A DNA stretch of 64,000 nucleotides, from NCBI GenBank assembly GCA_031459385.1, contig JAVKIP010000009.1, positions 32,001 to 96,000 on the forward strand, written 5' to 3'. This document shows positions 7,438-17,250 of this stretch, one piece after another. The notes beneath the pieces were generated by a model, which was not told the origin of the DNA, made no database searches, and saw only the letters and a program-made list of their open reading frames with translations. The position numbers and the translations under genes are program-made. This DNA comes from Candidatus Fervidifonticultor secundus (GTDB lineage Bacteria; Sysuimicrobiota; Sysuimicrobiia; Sysuimicrobiales; Humicultoraceae). The number at the start of each line of letters is the position of its first letter. Position 1 is the stretch's first letter.

Positions 7438-9705
7438 ATGACGCTTGAGCAGGTCCTGGACCTCCTCAAGACAACAGCAGCTACGGCCGGCGGCATCACG
7501 GCCTGGCGGGAGCTCCCCCCGCGTCCGGCCTCGTTGGTGCCGATCCCCCGGGCCCTCGATGCGCGGCTCGCCGCGGCCCTGCGCCGCAACGGCATCGAGG
7601 CCCTCTACAGCCACCAGGCCGAGGCGTGGGAGGCGGCGCGCTCTGGCCGACACGTGGTGGTGGTGACGCCCACCGCCTCGGGCAAGACCCTCTGCTACAA
7701 CCTGCCCGTCCTGGAGGCGGTGCTGGCGGCCCCCCAGACGCGGGCCCTCTACCTGTTCCCGACCAAGGCGCTCTCCATGGACCAGGTCGACGAACTGCAG
7801 CGGCTGATCGGCGCGCTCGGCGCCGACATCAGGGCCGCCACCTACGATGGCGACACGCCGGCGCAGGCCCGCCGCGCGATCCGCACGGCCGGCCACATCG
7901 TGGTGACCAACCCGGACATGCTGCACGCGGCGATCCTCCCGCACCACACCCAGTGGCTGCGCCTGTTCGAGAACCTGCGCTACGTCGTCGTGGACGAGCT
8001 CCACATGTACCGGGGCCTGTTCGGCAGCCACGTGGCCAACGTGCTGCGCCGGCTGCGGCGGCTGTGCCGCTTCTACGGCACGACCCCGCAGTTCATCTGC
8101 TGCTCGGCCACCGTGGGCAACCCCCGGGAACTGGCCGAGCGGCTGCTGGAAGACGCGGTCACCCTCGTCGACCGCAACGGAGCGCCGGCCGGGCCCAAGG
8201 TGTTCATCATGTACAACCCACCCGTGCTCAACCGGGCGCTGGGGATCCGGCGCGACAGCATCCTGGAGGCCGGTCGTCTGGCGGGAGAGTTCATCCGCAA
8301 CCGCATCCCGCTCATTGCGTTCGCGCGCAGCCGACGCACCGCCGAGTTGCTGACCACCGCCTTCAAGGAGACCGCGGCGATCCACGGCGTCGGGCCGCAT
8401 CGCGTCGCAGGCTACCGGGCCGGGTACCTGCCCGGCGAGCGCCGGGCCATCGAGCACGGCCTGCGCGAGGGCCAGGTCCTGGCGGTGGCGGCGACCAACG
8501 CCCTCGAGCTGGGGATCGACATCGGTCGGCTCCAGGCCGCGCTGCTCGTGGGCTACCCGGGGACGATCGCCTCCACCTGGCAGCAGGCGGGGCGCGCGGG
8601 CCGCACCCAGGATCTCTCGGCGGCGATCCTGGTGGCCACCAGCGATCCGCTCGACCAGTACATCGTGCGCCACCCCGAGTACTTCTTCGGCCAGCCACCG
8701 GAAGCCGCGCTGCTGAACCCCGACAACCTCTACGTGCTGACCAGCCACGTGCGCTGCGCGGCCTTCGAGCTACCCATCGAAGACGGTGAGCGCTTCGGCC
8801 CGCCTACGCTGCCCGAGATCCTGGAGTACCTGGCCAGGCAGCGCATCCTCCACCACGAGGGCGACCGGTGGCACTACATCGCCGATGCCTACCCGGCACG
8901 GGACGTCTCGCTGCGCAGCGCGTCGGTGGAGAACGTGGTCATCATCGACACCACCGATCCCGCCCCGCGCGTGGTCGGCGAAGTCGATCTCGCCAGCGCG
9001 CCGGGGCTGGTGCACGAGGGCGCGATCTACCTGCACCTGGGCCAGCAGTACCACGTGGACCGCCTGGCCTGGGAGGAGCGCAAGGCCTACGTCCACCGCG
9101 TCGCCGTGAACTACTACACCACCGCGCAGATCGCCGTGGACATCCGGGTACTGCAGGAGTTCACGCGCAGCCCCGACGAGCCGCCGGCCGCCTGGGGCGA
9201 GGTCGTGGTCACCTACCGGCCCACGATCTACAAGAAGCTGACCCTGGAACGCCATGAGAACGTCGGGTGGGGGCCGATCCACCTGCCCGAGTCCACCCTC
9301 CACACGTCGGCGTACTGGATGGCGCTGCCGCCGCTCCCGCTGTCCCGCGACGACCTGCAGGGCGTGCTGGTGGCCCTGTCCCACGCGCTGGCGCACGTCG
9401 CCGCCCTCTACCTCATGTGCGATCCCCGCGACCTGGGCAGGACCTTCGAGATCGCCTCGTCGCACACCGGCCAGCCCACGATCTTCCTCTACGACGCCAT
9501 CCCCGGCGGCGTGGGGTTCGCAGAGCGCCTCTACCGCCTGCGCGCCGACGTGCTGGCGGCCGCACGTGACCTCATCGCGTCGTGCGGCTGCGAGGCGGGG
9601 TGTCCCTCGTGCGTGGGCCCGGCGCTGGAGGTCGGGAGCCGCGGGAAAGCCCTGGCGCTGGAAGTCCTGGATGTCCGCCTGGCGCCCCGATCCGGAGGCC
9701 GCTAG
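7438..9705 (+). CDS. mrfA: DEAD/DEAH-box helicase with C-terminal DUF1998 Zn domain (MrfA/YprA/Hrq1-like)
   Basis: TPTASGKTLCY, VVVDELH, SAT, QQAGRAGR, C-terminal CGCEAGCPSC. Confidence 0.9.
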   Translation: MTLEQVLDLLKTTAATAGGITAWRELPPRPASLVPIPRALDARLAAALRRNGIEALYSHQAEAWEAARSGRHVVVVTPTASGKTLCYNLPVLEAVLAAPQTRALYLFPTKALSMDQVDELQRLIGALGADIRAATYDGDTPAQARRAIRTAGHIVVTNPDMLHAAILPHHTQWLRLFENLRYVVVDELHMYRGLFGSHVANVLRRLRRLCRFYGTTPQFICCSATVGNPRELAERLLEDAVTLVDRNGAPAGPKVFIMYNPPVLNRALGIRRDSILEAGRLAGEFIRNRIPLIAFARSRRTAELLTTAFKETAAIHGVGPHRVAGYRAGYLPGERRAIEHGLREGQVLAVAATNALELGIDIGRLQAALLVGYPGTIASTWQQAGRAGRTQDLSAAILVATSDPLDQYIVRHPEYFFGQPPEAALLNPDNLYVLTSHVRCAAFELPIEDGERFGPPTLPEILEYLARQRILHHEGDRWHYIADAYPARDVSLRSASVENVVIIDTTDPAPRVVGEVDLASAPGLVHEGAIYLHLGQQYHVDRLAWEERKAYVHRVAVNYYTTAQIAVDIRVLQEFTRSPDEPPAAWGEVVVTYRPTIYKKLTLERHENVGWGPIHLPESTLHTSAYWMALPPLPLSRDDLQGVLVALSHALAHVAALYLMCDPRDLGRTFEIASSHTGQPTIFLYDAIPGGVGFAERLYRLRADVLAAARDLIASCGCEAGCPSCVGPALEVGSRGKALALEVLDVRLAPRSGGR

Positions 9706-10828
9706 CGCCGTCGCGCGGGCGCCCGTCGGGCTGCTCGGCGGGTGGCTGGCGGCGCCCGACGTGCCGGGCCGACACCGGGCCGACGATGGCGGCGCCGGCT
9801 TCGAAGTCCGGCGCCAGGTGTACAGTGCGGCGGAGCTGTTCGGGCGCGACGGGCCGCACCCCGACGACGCCGGCGCGCTCTTCCTCGACACCGAGACGAC
9901 CGGCCTGGCCGGCGGCACCGGCACCACACCGTTCCTCATCGGCCTGGCGTACCTCGACGACGCCCATCTCGTCCTCGAACAGTACTTCCTCCGACGGCTG
10001 TCGGGCGAGCCGGCGCTGCTGGCGGCGCTCCGCGCGCGCCTCGAGGGCGCGGCACAGCTCGTCACCTTCAACGGCCGGCGCTTCGACTGGCCGATCCTGG
10101 CGGCGCGCTACGTGCTGGGCCGCCTGCGCATCGCGCCACCGCCCGCGCACCTCGACCTGATGAGCGTGGCGCGGCGCTTGTGGCACCGGCCGCTCGGCAC
10201 GTACCGGCTGGCCGTGGTGGAGCGCGAGGCGCTGGCGATCGACCGCGGCTGGGACATCGACAGCGCCCAGATCCCCGGCCTCTACGTCCACTACCTGCGC
10301 ACCGGCGATGCCGGGCCGCTCGAGCCCGTCTTCGTCCACAACGCGCACGACGTGCGCACGCTGGTGCACCTGCGCCGGCGCGTGCGGCGGTGGGTCGAGT
10401 ACGGCGAAGATCCGCCGCCGCCGGTCGACTGGGAAGGCCTGGGCGTGCTGCGCCTGCAGGTCGCCCAGGACGCCGCGGCCGAGGACGCGCTGCGGCGGGC
10501 GCTGCAGGTCGAGGACGATCCGGCGGTGCGGTGGCGCATCGCCCGCCGGCTGGCGCGGGTCCTGCGCCGCGGGGGCCGGTACGACGAGGTGGCCGCGCTG
10601 TGGCACCACTGCGTCGGCGGCCGCGGCGCCTGGCGGGCGCGCGCGCTGCTGGAGGCCGCGACGGCCTACCACCGCGCGCGGCGCCCGGAGCACGCGCGGG
10701 CCGCGCTGGAGGAGGCGGCGGCACTGGTGGAGTGGCTGCATCTGTGCGGTGAGGCCCAGGCGGCCGACCTCGACGCACAGATCGGGCGCCGGCGGCGCGC
10801 CCTGGGAGGCCACCGCACCGCCCGCTAA
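9671..10828 (+). CDS. mrfB: RNase H-like exonuclease with helical C-terminus (MrfB/YprB-like)
   Basis: FLDTETTGLAGGTGT, VTFNGRRFDWP, HLDL, HNAHDV; follows the MrfA-like helicase; start inferred. Confidence 0.8.
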   Translation: MSAWRPDPEAASAVARAPVGLLGGWLAAPDVPGRHRADDGGAGFEVRRQVYSAAELFGRDGPHPDDAGALFLDTETTGLAGGTGTTPFLIGLAYLDDAHLVLEQYFLRRLSGEPALLAALRARLEGAAQLVTFNGRRFDWPILAARYVLGRLRIAPPPAHLDLMSVARRLWHRPLGTYRLAVVEREALAIDRGWDIDSAQIPGLYVHYLRTGDAGPLEPVFVHNAHDVRTLVHLRRRVRRWVEYGEDPPPPVDWEGLGVLRLQVAQDAAAEDALRRALQVEDDPAVRWRIARRLARVLRRGGRYDEVAALWHHCVGGRGAWRARALLEAATAYHRARRPEHARAALEEAAALVEWLHLCGEAQAADLDAQIGRRRRALGGHRTAR

Positions 10829-10833
10829 CCGCC

Positions 10834-11979
10834 ATGGACGCGGCGGTGGCCTCGACAGCACTCGCGACCGAGACCCTGCTCAGCCCCTATCTCGTGCGCG
10901 GCGACTTCACCGACGCCCTCTGGCCGGCCCGGCGCGCCGACATCCACCGGTACGTCCGCGTGCACCTGCGCGACGAGGGGCTCGTGGCTGTGACGCTGTG
11001 GAACCGCCGCGGGGTGGCGATCTACTCCACCGACCGCTCGCTGGCGGGCAGGCGCGTGCTCCTGCCAGCGCCCGCGCAGACCGCGCTGGCGGGCGGCGTG
11101 GCAGCCGAGCTCCGGTACCGGCGCGCGCCGTCACCGGACGCACGTGGCGGCCGTCCGTTCCTGCACGTGTACGTCCCGGTCCGCATGCCGGGCAGCGCGC
11201 GCCCCGAAGGGGTCTACGAGGTCGTACGCGACGCCCGAGGCCTGGTGGAGCACCTGAACGCCACGCGACAGCGCGTGTGGCTGATCGTCCTCTCGGGTGT
11301 GGCGGTCCTGTACGCCTGTCTGTTCGGCCTCGTGCGAGGAGCGTCGGCCGAACTGGTCCGCCAGCAGCGCGTGCTCAAAGATGCGTTCGAGGGGACGATC
11401 CGCTCACTGGCCACGGCGGTCGACGCCAAGGATGCCGCGACCGGCGGGCACTCGGCGCGGGTCGCGCGCTACGCCGAGGCGATTGCGGGCGCGCTGGCGC
11501 TGCCCGAGGACGACCGGGAAGTGGTGCGGCTGGCGGGTTTCCTCCACGACCTGGGGAAGGTCGGCATGCCGGACCGGCTGCTGCGCGCGGCGCGCCCCCT
11601 TGCGGCCGACGACTGGAGGGTGATCCGCCAGCACGTCGTCGTCGGGCACCAGATCCTGGCACCCGTCCCCATCGACGGGCGCGTGAAGCTGGCCGTTCGC
11701 CACAGCCACGAGCGCTGGGACGGCACCGGCTACCCGGACGGCCTGGCCGGCGAGGCGATCCCCCTGCACGCCCGCATCCTGGCCGTCGCCGACGCCTTCG
11801 AGGCCATGACCTCAGACCGTCCATACCGCAAGGCCTGGCCCGTGGAGCACGCGCTGGCGGAGATCGTGCGCCACGCGGGCACGCAGTTCGACCCGGCGGT
11901 GGTACAGGCGTTCACCCGCTGGGCGGCCACCGAGGAGTCCCTGCGCGCGCTGCGCGGCGAGCCGATGCCGGCGCTGTGA
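10834..11979 (+). CDS. HD-GYP phosphodiesterase with N-terminal sensor-like region and one TM helix
   Basis: GHSARV, LHDLGKVG, HERWDGTGYPDGL, ADAFEAMTSDRPYR. Confidence 0.88.
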   Translation: MDAAVASTALATETLLSPYLVRGDFTDALWPARRADIHRYVRVHLRDEGLVAVTLWNRRGVAIYSTDRSLAGRRVLLPAPAQTALAGGVAAELRYRRAPSPDARGGRPFLHVYVPVRMPGSARPEGVYEVVRDARGLVEHLNATRQRVWLIVLSGVAVLYACLFGLVRGASAELVRQQRVLKDAFEGTIRSLATAVDAKDAATGGHSARVARYAEAIAGALALPEDDREVVRLAGFLHDLGKVGMPDRLLRAARPLAADDWRVIRQHVVVGHQILAPVPIDGRVKLAVRHSHERWDGTGYPDGLAGEAIPLHARILAVADAFEAMTSDRPYRKAWPVEHALAEIVRHAGTQFDPAVVQAFTRWAATEESLRALRGEPMPAL

Positions 11980-11980
11980 G

Positions 11981-12009
11981 GCGCCGCGGGGCCCTGGGGC
12001 CCCGGCGCG
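11981..12009. terminator. GC hairpin between convergent genes
   Basis: GCGCCG-CGGGGCC/GGCCCC-GGCGC inverted repeat; no U-tract. Confidence 0.35.
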
Positions 12010-12020
12010 GCCGGTGTCTC

Positions 12021-12908
12021 TCACGCCTCCGCGACGCCTGCCAGCCGCTGGAGGAGCCAGCCAAGCGCCGAGTGATCCAGGTCGCCCCGCTGCTGTGCCA
12101 TCAGGGCCACCAGGGCCTCGTGGACCAGCCCGGTGGCCAGCAACGGCACGCCGTACGCCCTGCCCGCGGCCAGAGCGATCTGCAGGTCCTTTGCGTGCAG
12201 CCGGACCCGGAAGCCCGGCGCGAAGTTGCGCTCGAGGATCCGCTGCCCGTGCAGGTCGAGGATGCGGCTGTGCGCGAAACCGCCCAGCAGCGCCTGGCGC
12301 ACCCGTGCCGGATCGACGCCGGCTTTCTGCGCCAGCGTCAGCGCCTCAGCCACCGCCATGATCGTGACCGCCACCACGATCTGGTTGCAGGCCTTCGCCA
12401 CCTGCCCGGCGCCGTGGTCGTCGCCGATATGGACGATGTTCTTCCCCATGGCCTCGAACACGGGGCGCACCCGCTCGAACAGCGCCCGCGGACCGCCGAC
12501 CATGATCGACAGCGTGGCCTCCACGGCGCCCTTCTGCCCGCCCGAGACCGGCGCGTCCAGGAATCCGACCCCCCGCGCGGTGAGCGCGGCGGCCAGCTCG
12601 CGCGCGACCAGCGGCGAGATGGTGCTCATGTCTACCACCACCTGCCCCTCCCGCGCGCCTTCCAGCACGCCCCCCGGGCCCAGCACCACGGCCTGCACGT
12701 CGGGGCCGTCGGGCAGCATGGTGATGACGATGTCGCTCTGCGCGGCGACGCCCCGCGGCGAGCCGGCGTCGGTCGCGCCGGCGGCGACCAGCTCGTCCAC
12801 CGGGGGGCGGGACCGCGAGTGTACCACCACCGGGAAGCCGGCCGCGCGCAGGTTGCGGGCCATGGGCTTCCCCATGATACCGAGACCGATGAACCCGATC
12901 CGCTCCAT
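12021..12908 (-). CDS. glxR: 2-hydroxy-3-oxopropionate (tartronate semialdehyde) reductase
   Basis: MERIGFIGLGIMGKPMA, DAPVSGG, GAGQVAKACNQI, PGFRVRLHAKDL; adjacent to hyi. Confidence 0.85.
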   Translation of the reverse strand: MERIGFIGLGIMGKPMARNLRAAGFPVVVHSRSRPPVDELVAAGATDAGSPRGVAAQSDIVITMLPDGPDVQAVVLGPGGVLEGAREGQVVVDMSTISPLVARELAAALTARGVGFLDAPVSGGQKGAVEATLSIMVGGPRALFERVRPVFEAMGKNIVHIGDDHGAGQVAKACNQIVVAVTIMAVAEALTLAQKAGVDPARVRQALLGGFAHSRILDLHGQRILERNFAPGFRVRLHAKDLQIALAAGRAYGVPLLATGLVHEALVALMAQQRGDLDHSALGWLLQRLAGVAEA

Positions 12909-12955
12909 CGCATTGGCTCCTGTCGACAGCTGCGCCGCCGGGCCACCGCGGCCCG

Positions 12956-13744
12956 CTACCGGCGCGCGAACCCCATCGCCTCGATCCAGTCGAACGACGC
13001 GTCGATGGGACCCACCGGCCGGTACTCGAGGCCCACGTCCCCGTCGTAGTCGGTACGGTCCAGCGCCCGCAGCACGTAGGAGAAGTTGATCTCGCCAGTG
13101 CCGGGCTGGCCACGGTCGGGCGCGTCGGCGAGCTGCACGTGCCCGATGCGGCCGATGTTGCGGGTGAGGGTGTAGGTCAGGTTGCCCTCCATGCGCTGCG
13201 CGTGGTAGACGTCGTACTGCACCTTCAGGTTGGCCGCGCCCACGGCGTCCTGGAGCGCGAACGCCTCCTGCGACGTGCGCAGGAAAAAGCCGGGTACGTC
13301 GAACGTGTTCACCGGCTCGACCAGCAGCACCAGGCCCTCCCGCTCGAAGGCGGCAGCGGCGTACTGCACGTTGTCCACCAAGCATGCCCACTGCTCCGCC
13401 ACCGGCACGCCCTCCAGCTGGCGGCCCACCAGGCAGTTGACGCGGGGACAGCCCAGGCGGCGCGCCACCTCGATGGCCAGGCGCACGCCCTCGCGGAACT
13501 CCGTCCGCCGGCCGGGGTCGACGGCGATCCCGCGGTCACCGGCCTCCCAGTCGCCGGCGGGCAGGTTGAACAGCGCCTGGCGCAGCCCCAGCCGCCGCAG
13601 CTCCTGGGCCACGGCGTCGAGGTCCTCGCCGTACGGGAACATGTACTCGACCGCGCCGAACCCGGCGCGGGCGGCCGCCTCGAAGCGCGTCAGGAAGGGA
13701 CGGTCGGTCCAGAGGAAGGTCAGGTTGGCGGCAAACCGCAGCAT
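12956..13744 (-). CDS. hyi: Hydroxypyruvate isomerase
   Basis: MLRFAANLTFL, LFNLPAGDWEAGDRG, QYDVYHAQRMEG, HVQLADAPDRGQPGTGEIN. Confidence 0.92.
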   Translation of the reverse strand: MLRFAANLTFLWTDRPFLTRFEAAARAGFGAVEYMFPYGEDLDAVAQELRRLGLRQALFNLPAGDWEAGDRGIAVDPGRRTEFREGVRLAIEVARRLGCPRVNCLVGRQLEGVPVAEQWACLVDNVQYAAAAFEREGLVLLVEPVNTFDVPGFFLRTSQEAFALQDAVGAANLKVQYDVYHAQRMEGNLTYTLTRNIGRIGHVQLADAPDRGQPGTGEINFSYVLRALDRTDYDGDVGLEYRPVGPIDASFDWIEAMGFARR

Positions 13745-13778
13745 CGGCACCTCCTGCACAGAGCGATGGCCTCTCCCC

Positions 13779-13784
13779 AGTATA
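13779..13784 (-). promoter_or_regulatory. Putative -10 element TATACT for hyi-glxR
   Basis: TATACT about 35 nt upstream of hyi ATG in GC-rich context; SD AGGAGG. Confidence 0.5.
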
Positions 13785-13900
13785 CCGGCTGCCTGCCCGC
13801 GGCCGGCCGGGCCCGACAGGCGCGCTGGCGCCGGCCTGCCAGGCCCCAGCCCGACCGCTGCCGGCCAGACCCGCGCAAGGTCGGGCTCGCACCGACACGG

Positions 13901-14980
13901 TCAGGGGGGCCGCGCGGGCGGCAGCAGGTACAGGCCTGCTGCCGAGAACTGGAGCCGCACGGCCGTGCCGGGCGGGTAGAGGCGGTCGACGCTCTCGGGG
14001 TCGGCCACGCTGACCTCGCCGACGTCGGTGTCGATCAGGTAGTCCGCCACCATGCCCATGAAGAACGCGCTGCGGACACGGCCGGGCAGGCCGTCGCCGT
14101 CGGGACGCACGCGGATCGCCTCCGGGCGCACCATCAGCGTCGCCGGCCCGGGCGCGACGCCGTCCTGCCGGTAGGCGAAGCGGTAGGACCCCACGCGGAC
14201 GGCGCCTTCCTCCACGACGGCCGGGAGCAGGTTGGCCTCGCCGATGAAGTCGGCCACGAAGTGCGAGGCAGGCCGCCGGTACAGCTCGGCGGGCGTCCCG
14301 ATCTGCTCGACGCGGCCCTGGTTCATGACCACCACGACATCGGAGATCGCCAGCGCCTCGGCCTGGTCGTGCGTGACGTAGACGCTGGTGATGCCCAGGT
14401 GCTGCTGGAGCAGGCGGATGTCCGCCCGCACCCGGCGGCGCAGCTTGGCGTCCAGGTTCGACAGCGGCTCGTCGAACAGCAGCACGCGCGGCTGCATCAC
14501 CAGCGCCCGGGCCAGCGCCACACGTTGCTGTTGCCCGCCCGACAGCTGTCCGGGGTAGCGCGGCTCGAAGCCGGGCAGCCCGACCAGCGCCAGCACGTCA
14601 GCGACGCGCCGCCGGATCTCGTCCTCGGGCCGGCGCTGCACCCGCAGCCCGTAGGCCACGTTCTCCTGCACGGTCAGGTGGGGGAAGAGCGCATAGGCCT
14701 GGAACACCATGGTCACGTTGCGGCTGGCCGCCGGCAGCGGCGTGACGTCCTCGTCGCCGATGAACACCCGCCCCTCAGTGGGCCGCTCGAGCCCCGCGAT
14801 TATGCGCAGCGTGGTCGTCTTGCCGCAACCCGAGGGGCCCAGCAGGGTCACCAGCGCTCCCGGCGGGATCTCCAGCGAGACGCGATCGACGGCGACGATG
14901 CTGCCGAAGCGTTTGGAGACCGCCTCCAGGCGCACGGGCGTCGCGCCGTGCCGTTCGGCGATCGCTGGCCGCTGGTGCAT
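13901..14980 (-). CDS. ABC ATP-binding protein (FbpC/AfuC/PotA type) with TOBE domain
   Basis: GPSGCGKTT, LSGGQQQR, FDEPLSNLDAKLR. Confidence 0.92.
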   Translation of the reverse strand: MHQRPAIAERHGATPVRLEAVSKRFGSIVAVDRVSLEIPPGALVTLLGPSGCGKTTTLRIIAGLERPTEGRVFIGDEDVTPLPAASRNVTMVFQAYALFPHLTVQENVAYGLRVQRRPEDEIRRRVADVLALVGLPGFEPRYPGQLSGGQQQRVALARALVMQPRVLLFDEPLSNLDAKLRRRVRADIRLLQQHLGITSVYVTHDQAEALAISDVVVVMNQGRVEQIGTPAELYRRPASHFVADFIGEANLLPAVVEEGAVRVGSYRFAYRQDGVAPGPATLMVRPEAIRVRPDGDGLPGRVRSAFFMGMVADYLIDTDVGEVSVADPESVDRLYPPGTAVRLQFSAAGLYLLPPARPP

Positions 14981-15009
14981 CGCTGCCGCCGCCTCCTCGG
15001 ACCCGGCCC

Positions 15010-17235
15010 TTACAGGGCGGGCATCTCCCGCGCGGGACCGCCGCCCCATCGCTGCGTGGTTAGGTACAGCGCCAGGATCACGCCGGCCATGAACAGCACC
15101 AGCACCGACGACAGCGCCGCGCCCAGCCCGAAGGCGCCGTAGTTGATGTACGAGAGGATCTGGGTGGTGGCCAGGTTCGTGCGCGGCGTGATGAGGAAGA
15201 TGACCTGGCTGATCGCCGTCATGGCCCGCACGAAGCTGAAGATCAGCCCGGCCAGCAGCGCGCCGCGTACCAGCGGCACCACCACCCGGCGCAGGGTGGT
15301 CGCCGAGCCCGCCCGCAGCATCGTCGAGGCCTCCTCCAGGCTGCGGTCCACCTGGAGGATGGACGCCACCCCCGCGCGCAACGCCACCGGCATGTTGCGG
15401 AAGACGAACGCCAGGATGATGATGAGCTCGGTGCCGGTGAGGAGCAGGACGCCGGTGTTGAACGCCAGGATGTACCCGATACCCATGACCGTGCCCGGGG
15501 TGGCGAACGACAGCATCGAGGCGAACGCCAGCGCGTCGCGGCCGGGGAACGCCACCCGCGTGACGAGGTACCCGATGAGGAACCCCACCACGGTGGACGG
15601 CACCGCGGCCAGCGCCGAGAGCCACGCGGTCGTACGAAAGACACTCCAGCCCGTGGGCGACAGCCCTCGCAGGTGCTCGAGGGTGACCGTGTAGTCGAAG
15701 CCCCAGAGCTTGGTCACCGCGCCGATGACGACCGAGCCGTAGAGCAGCACGATCAGCAGCAGCCACAGCCCGAAGACCGCGGTCACGGCGTAGTCCAGCA
15801 GCGGCGGCAGCGGGCGGGCCGTGCCCTGGGCCGAGGGGCGCCCGGTCACGGTCACGTACGACGTGCGCCCGACCCAGCGGTGCTGCACCACGAACAGGGC
15901 CAGTGTCATCGCCAGCAGCGTGACGCCGAACACGGCGGCCTCGGGCACTCCGCGACCCGTAGCCGCGAAGAAGATCTCCGTGGCCAGGTACGGCAGCCCG
16001 CCGCCCACGACGATCGGGTTGCCGAAGTCGGCCAGGCTCTCGATGGCCACCAGCAGGAAGGCGTTGGCCACGCCGGGGCGGGCCAGCGGCCACAGCACCG
16101 TGCGCAGGACGTGCCAGCGGTCGGCCCCCAGCGTCTCCGCCGCCTCCTCCAGGGCGGCGTCCATCTGCCGGACCACGCCCTGGAGGATCAGGAACGCGAT
16201 GGGCGTGTAGGCCAGCACCTGGGCCAGCGTCACGCCGATCATGCCGGCGAACGCCGCCGTGGACAGCCCGAGCAGGTGGTGGGTGACGTACCCGCGCCGG
16301 CCGAACAGGTAGATGATCGCCAGGCCCAGCACGAACGGCGGCGTGATGATCGGCAGGATCGACACCGGCCCGAACAGCCGCCGGGTCGGCAGCCGCGACC
16401 GCTCTGCGAGCAGCGCGAACACGAACCCCAGGCCGGTGGAGACCACCCCCACCACCAGCGCCAGGAGCACGCTGTTGCGCACGGCGCCGAAGCCCAGGTA
16501 GAGGGCGGCCACGACGCCCGCGCCCGTCCCGGCGGCCACCGCCCAGAGCAGCGCCGCAGCCGGACGGCGGCGCAGGAGCAGCGCCAGCCCGCCCGCGGCC
16601 ACCCCGGCGACGACGCCGGCGAGCCGCGCGGCACGGCCCTCGTCGAGCGGCGTCGCCGGGTTGTCGATCAGGAGGAACGCCGGAGAGCGCACCGTCTCGC
16701 GCACGACGTCCAGCGTGAACCGGCCGTTGACGACCACCGCGCCCTGGAGCACCGCGACCAGCGGGTAGAGGATGAAGGCCGCCACGAACGCCGCGGCCCA
16801 CACGATGCAGGTCGCCACGAAGGCGTCGGCCAGCAGGTACCCGCCCAGCGACAGGCCGACCCCCAGCACGGTGAGCAGGCCCGCCACCAGCGCCAGCGCG
16901 CCCGGCCCAAGCGGCGCTCCTGCGGCGACGACCGCCCACCCCGCGGCCACCAGGCCGGCGAGCGCGACAGCGACGGCCAGGCGGCCCCGCCGGTAGAGCG
17001 GCAGCGGCGCGGCAGCCAGCAGCCCGACGACGGCCGCGGCCAGCACAGCGGCCGCCGCCACCGGGTCTTGCACCACGACCTCGAGGCCCAGCGATCCCGG
17101 CGCGAACACCAGCAGGTCGCGGCCCTGGCGCGCCCAGGGCAGCAGCAGCGCGCCGGCCACCGTGCCCGCGCCGGGGCCGGCGAGCGGCCACGAGACACCC
17201 GCCGGTCTCGCGTGGGCGATCGCAGGGGTCGCCAT
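15010..17235 (-). CDS. Fe3+/AfuB-type double-domain ABC permease
   Basis: 741 aa; two EAA loops (LEEAAETLGA, LEEASTMLRA); ESLADFGNP. Confidence 0.9.
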   Translation of the reverse strand: MATPAIAHARPAGVSWPLAGPGAGTVAGALLLPWARQGRDLLVFAPGSLGLEVVVQDPVAAAAVLAAAVVGLLAAAPLPLYRRGRLAVAVALAGLVAAGWAVVAAGAPLGPGALALVAGLLTVLGVGLSLGGYLLADAFVATCIVWAAAFVAAFILYPLVAVLQGAVVVNGRFTLDVVRETVRSPAFLLIDNPATPLDEGRAARLAGVVAGVAAGGLALLLRRRPAAALLWAVAAGTGAGVVAALYLGFGAVRNSVLLALVVGVVSTGLGFVFALLAERSRLPTRRLFGPVSILPIITPPFVLGLAIIYLFGRRGYVTHHLLGLSTAAFAGMIGVTLAQVLAYTPIAFLILQGVVRQMDAALEEAAETLGADRWHVLRTVLWPLARPGVANAFLLVAIESLADFGNPIVVGGGLPYLATEIFFAATGRGVPEAAVFGVTLLAMTLALFVVQHRWVGRTSYVTVTGRPSAQGTARPLPPLLDYAVTAVFGLWLLLIVLLYGSVVIGAVTKLWGFDYTVTLEHLRGLSPTGWSVFRTTAWLSALAAVPSTVVGFLIGYLVTRVAFPGRDALAFASMLSFATPGTVMGIGYILAFNTGVLLLTGTELIIILAFVFRNMPVALRAGVASILQVDRSLEEASTMLRAGSATTLRRVVVPLVRGALLAGLIFSFVRAMTAISQVIFLITPRTNLATTQILSYINYGAFGLGAALSSVLVLFMAGVILALYLTTQRWGGGPAREMPAL

Positions 17236-17250
17236 CGATCCGCTGCCGTC

